A stretch of 64,000 nucleotides of DNA from Carcharhinus longimanus (taxonomy: Eukaryota): positions 22,960,517-23,024,516 of the forward strand of contig JASCQW010000122.1 in the NCBI GenBank assembly GCA_030264375.1. The letters are read 5' to 3'. Positions 63,031-64,000 of this stretch are shown here, in pieces; the stretch's first letter is position 1; each line of letters begins with the position of its first letter. A program made the translations under genes and the position numbers. The notes beneath the pieces were generated by a model. The model worked only from the letters and a program-made list of their open reading frames with translations, was not told the DNA's origin and did no database searches.

Positions 63031-64000
63031 GCCATAAAATCAGGGCTATAAATGCATATTAGTACCAGCACATGGAATAATCTAGCAGAAAATTGATGGA
63101 CTGAAGTTAAGTGTCTGATAACATCTTGTTTTGTAAAACAAATTAATCTCTTTTCCAATGATAAGCAACCCACATTCAGTGCTTCAGTAAAGCAGACACT
63201 AACCAAAAGTTGTACCAACTCCATCCAAGACCCCACAGTGAAATGGATTGCAAGGCAAATAAACAGTTGAACCCTGACCCCACTCCTTCATAGATGTCAC
63301 CATCACCCTATCCCAGTTCCACCAAACATTAAATACAAAGGCTTCAAAATTGCAAGATGCTAGCAAACTGAAGTGTACTGCATTCCACTGAACTTCAGTC
63401 GAAGCACAAACCAACTCAAGATAAATGGATTAAAAAGCTATCTTTTCATCAAATGGTATAATTCAAGGCCCAAGTTCACACCCAAAATTGCTTGCATCAA
63501 CACAAGTGACAGGAAGCAGGCAATACGTAACTAATCATCCAGTAATATACTCTCAATCATGCTCAAAGCTTAAACATCACTCTTGCATTTTGAACTCTGT
63601 GCACATGCATGTATTTCCTACAACACTTCAGCATTCAAATTTCCATCAGTACTGCTGGTAAAATGAAAATGAATCCAAACAATTCAACCAACTCATGTTC
63701 GACACACTGCATCAAAAATGGCAGCATTTTGAAAGAATTAACATTTGTTGGCAATCACGCCACCAAAGTTTCATGCTAATATTTTAACAGAAAGGGAACA
63801 TTCTTGTTTAAGAAAAAAAAGTAACAAAATCAAAATTTGTACTTGTTTGGGTACCTTTATTTGTGGCACTTCTATAGATTAGAAAATAGAAGTCTGGTTT
63901 ATATACAACATTTCTCTAGTAAAACTAGCTCTCTAAGCTCCTACTTCTGACACAGATTTTGTGATTTTTTTAAGGGGCGTCTTGACAAATACATGATTAA

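Larger units (their letters stand above)
7360..64000 (-). other. TCF7L2: Large upstream intron of TCF7L2 (mammalian intron 5 equivalent), >56 kb, continuing beyond the window
   Basis: The preceding canonical exon (YLQMKWPLLDV...PSPAHIV) was not recognised anywhere in the window, and this intron is very large in other vertebrates. I cannot exclude that exon lying in an N-gap. Confidence 0.8.

Overview
Eukaryotic, gappy short-read-type assembly (13 N-runs, most about 100 N), almost certainly from a shark/elasmobranch, judged by HE1 V-SINEs, Deu-domain SINEs and CR1, L2, Rex1/Babar, RTE and L1-like relics. The whole window lies inside the TCF7L2 (TCF4, Wnt effector) gene on the minus strand. One unambiguous 133-bp coding exon sits at 7227-7359 ([45 protein letters not shown], the mammalian 'exon 6'), and everything above it is the very large upstream intron. 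About 24 kb of that intron (6-30 kb) shows no recognisable transposons. It holds a cluster of candidate internal first exons at 17.6-21.2 kb: two end exactly in ATG|GTAAGT, and two others are short ATG-initiated ORFs ending at phase-0 donors. All four would splice in frame to the 133-bp exon and give N-terminally truncated TCF7L2 lacking the beta-catenin-binding domain (dominant-negative type). The remaining 30-64 kb is rich in decayed, nested retroelements and includes a locally templated insertion. A CpG-rich ~40-bp minisatellite lies at 2.7-4.7 kb. Nearly all ORFs in the supplied track are spurious (gaps, repeats, chance). Repeat boundaries are read by eye and approximate, and family names rest on motif recognition, not on a database search.
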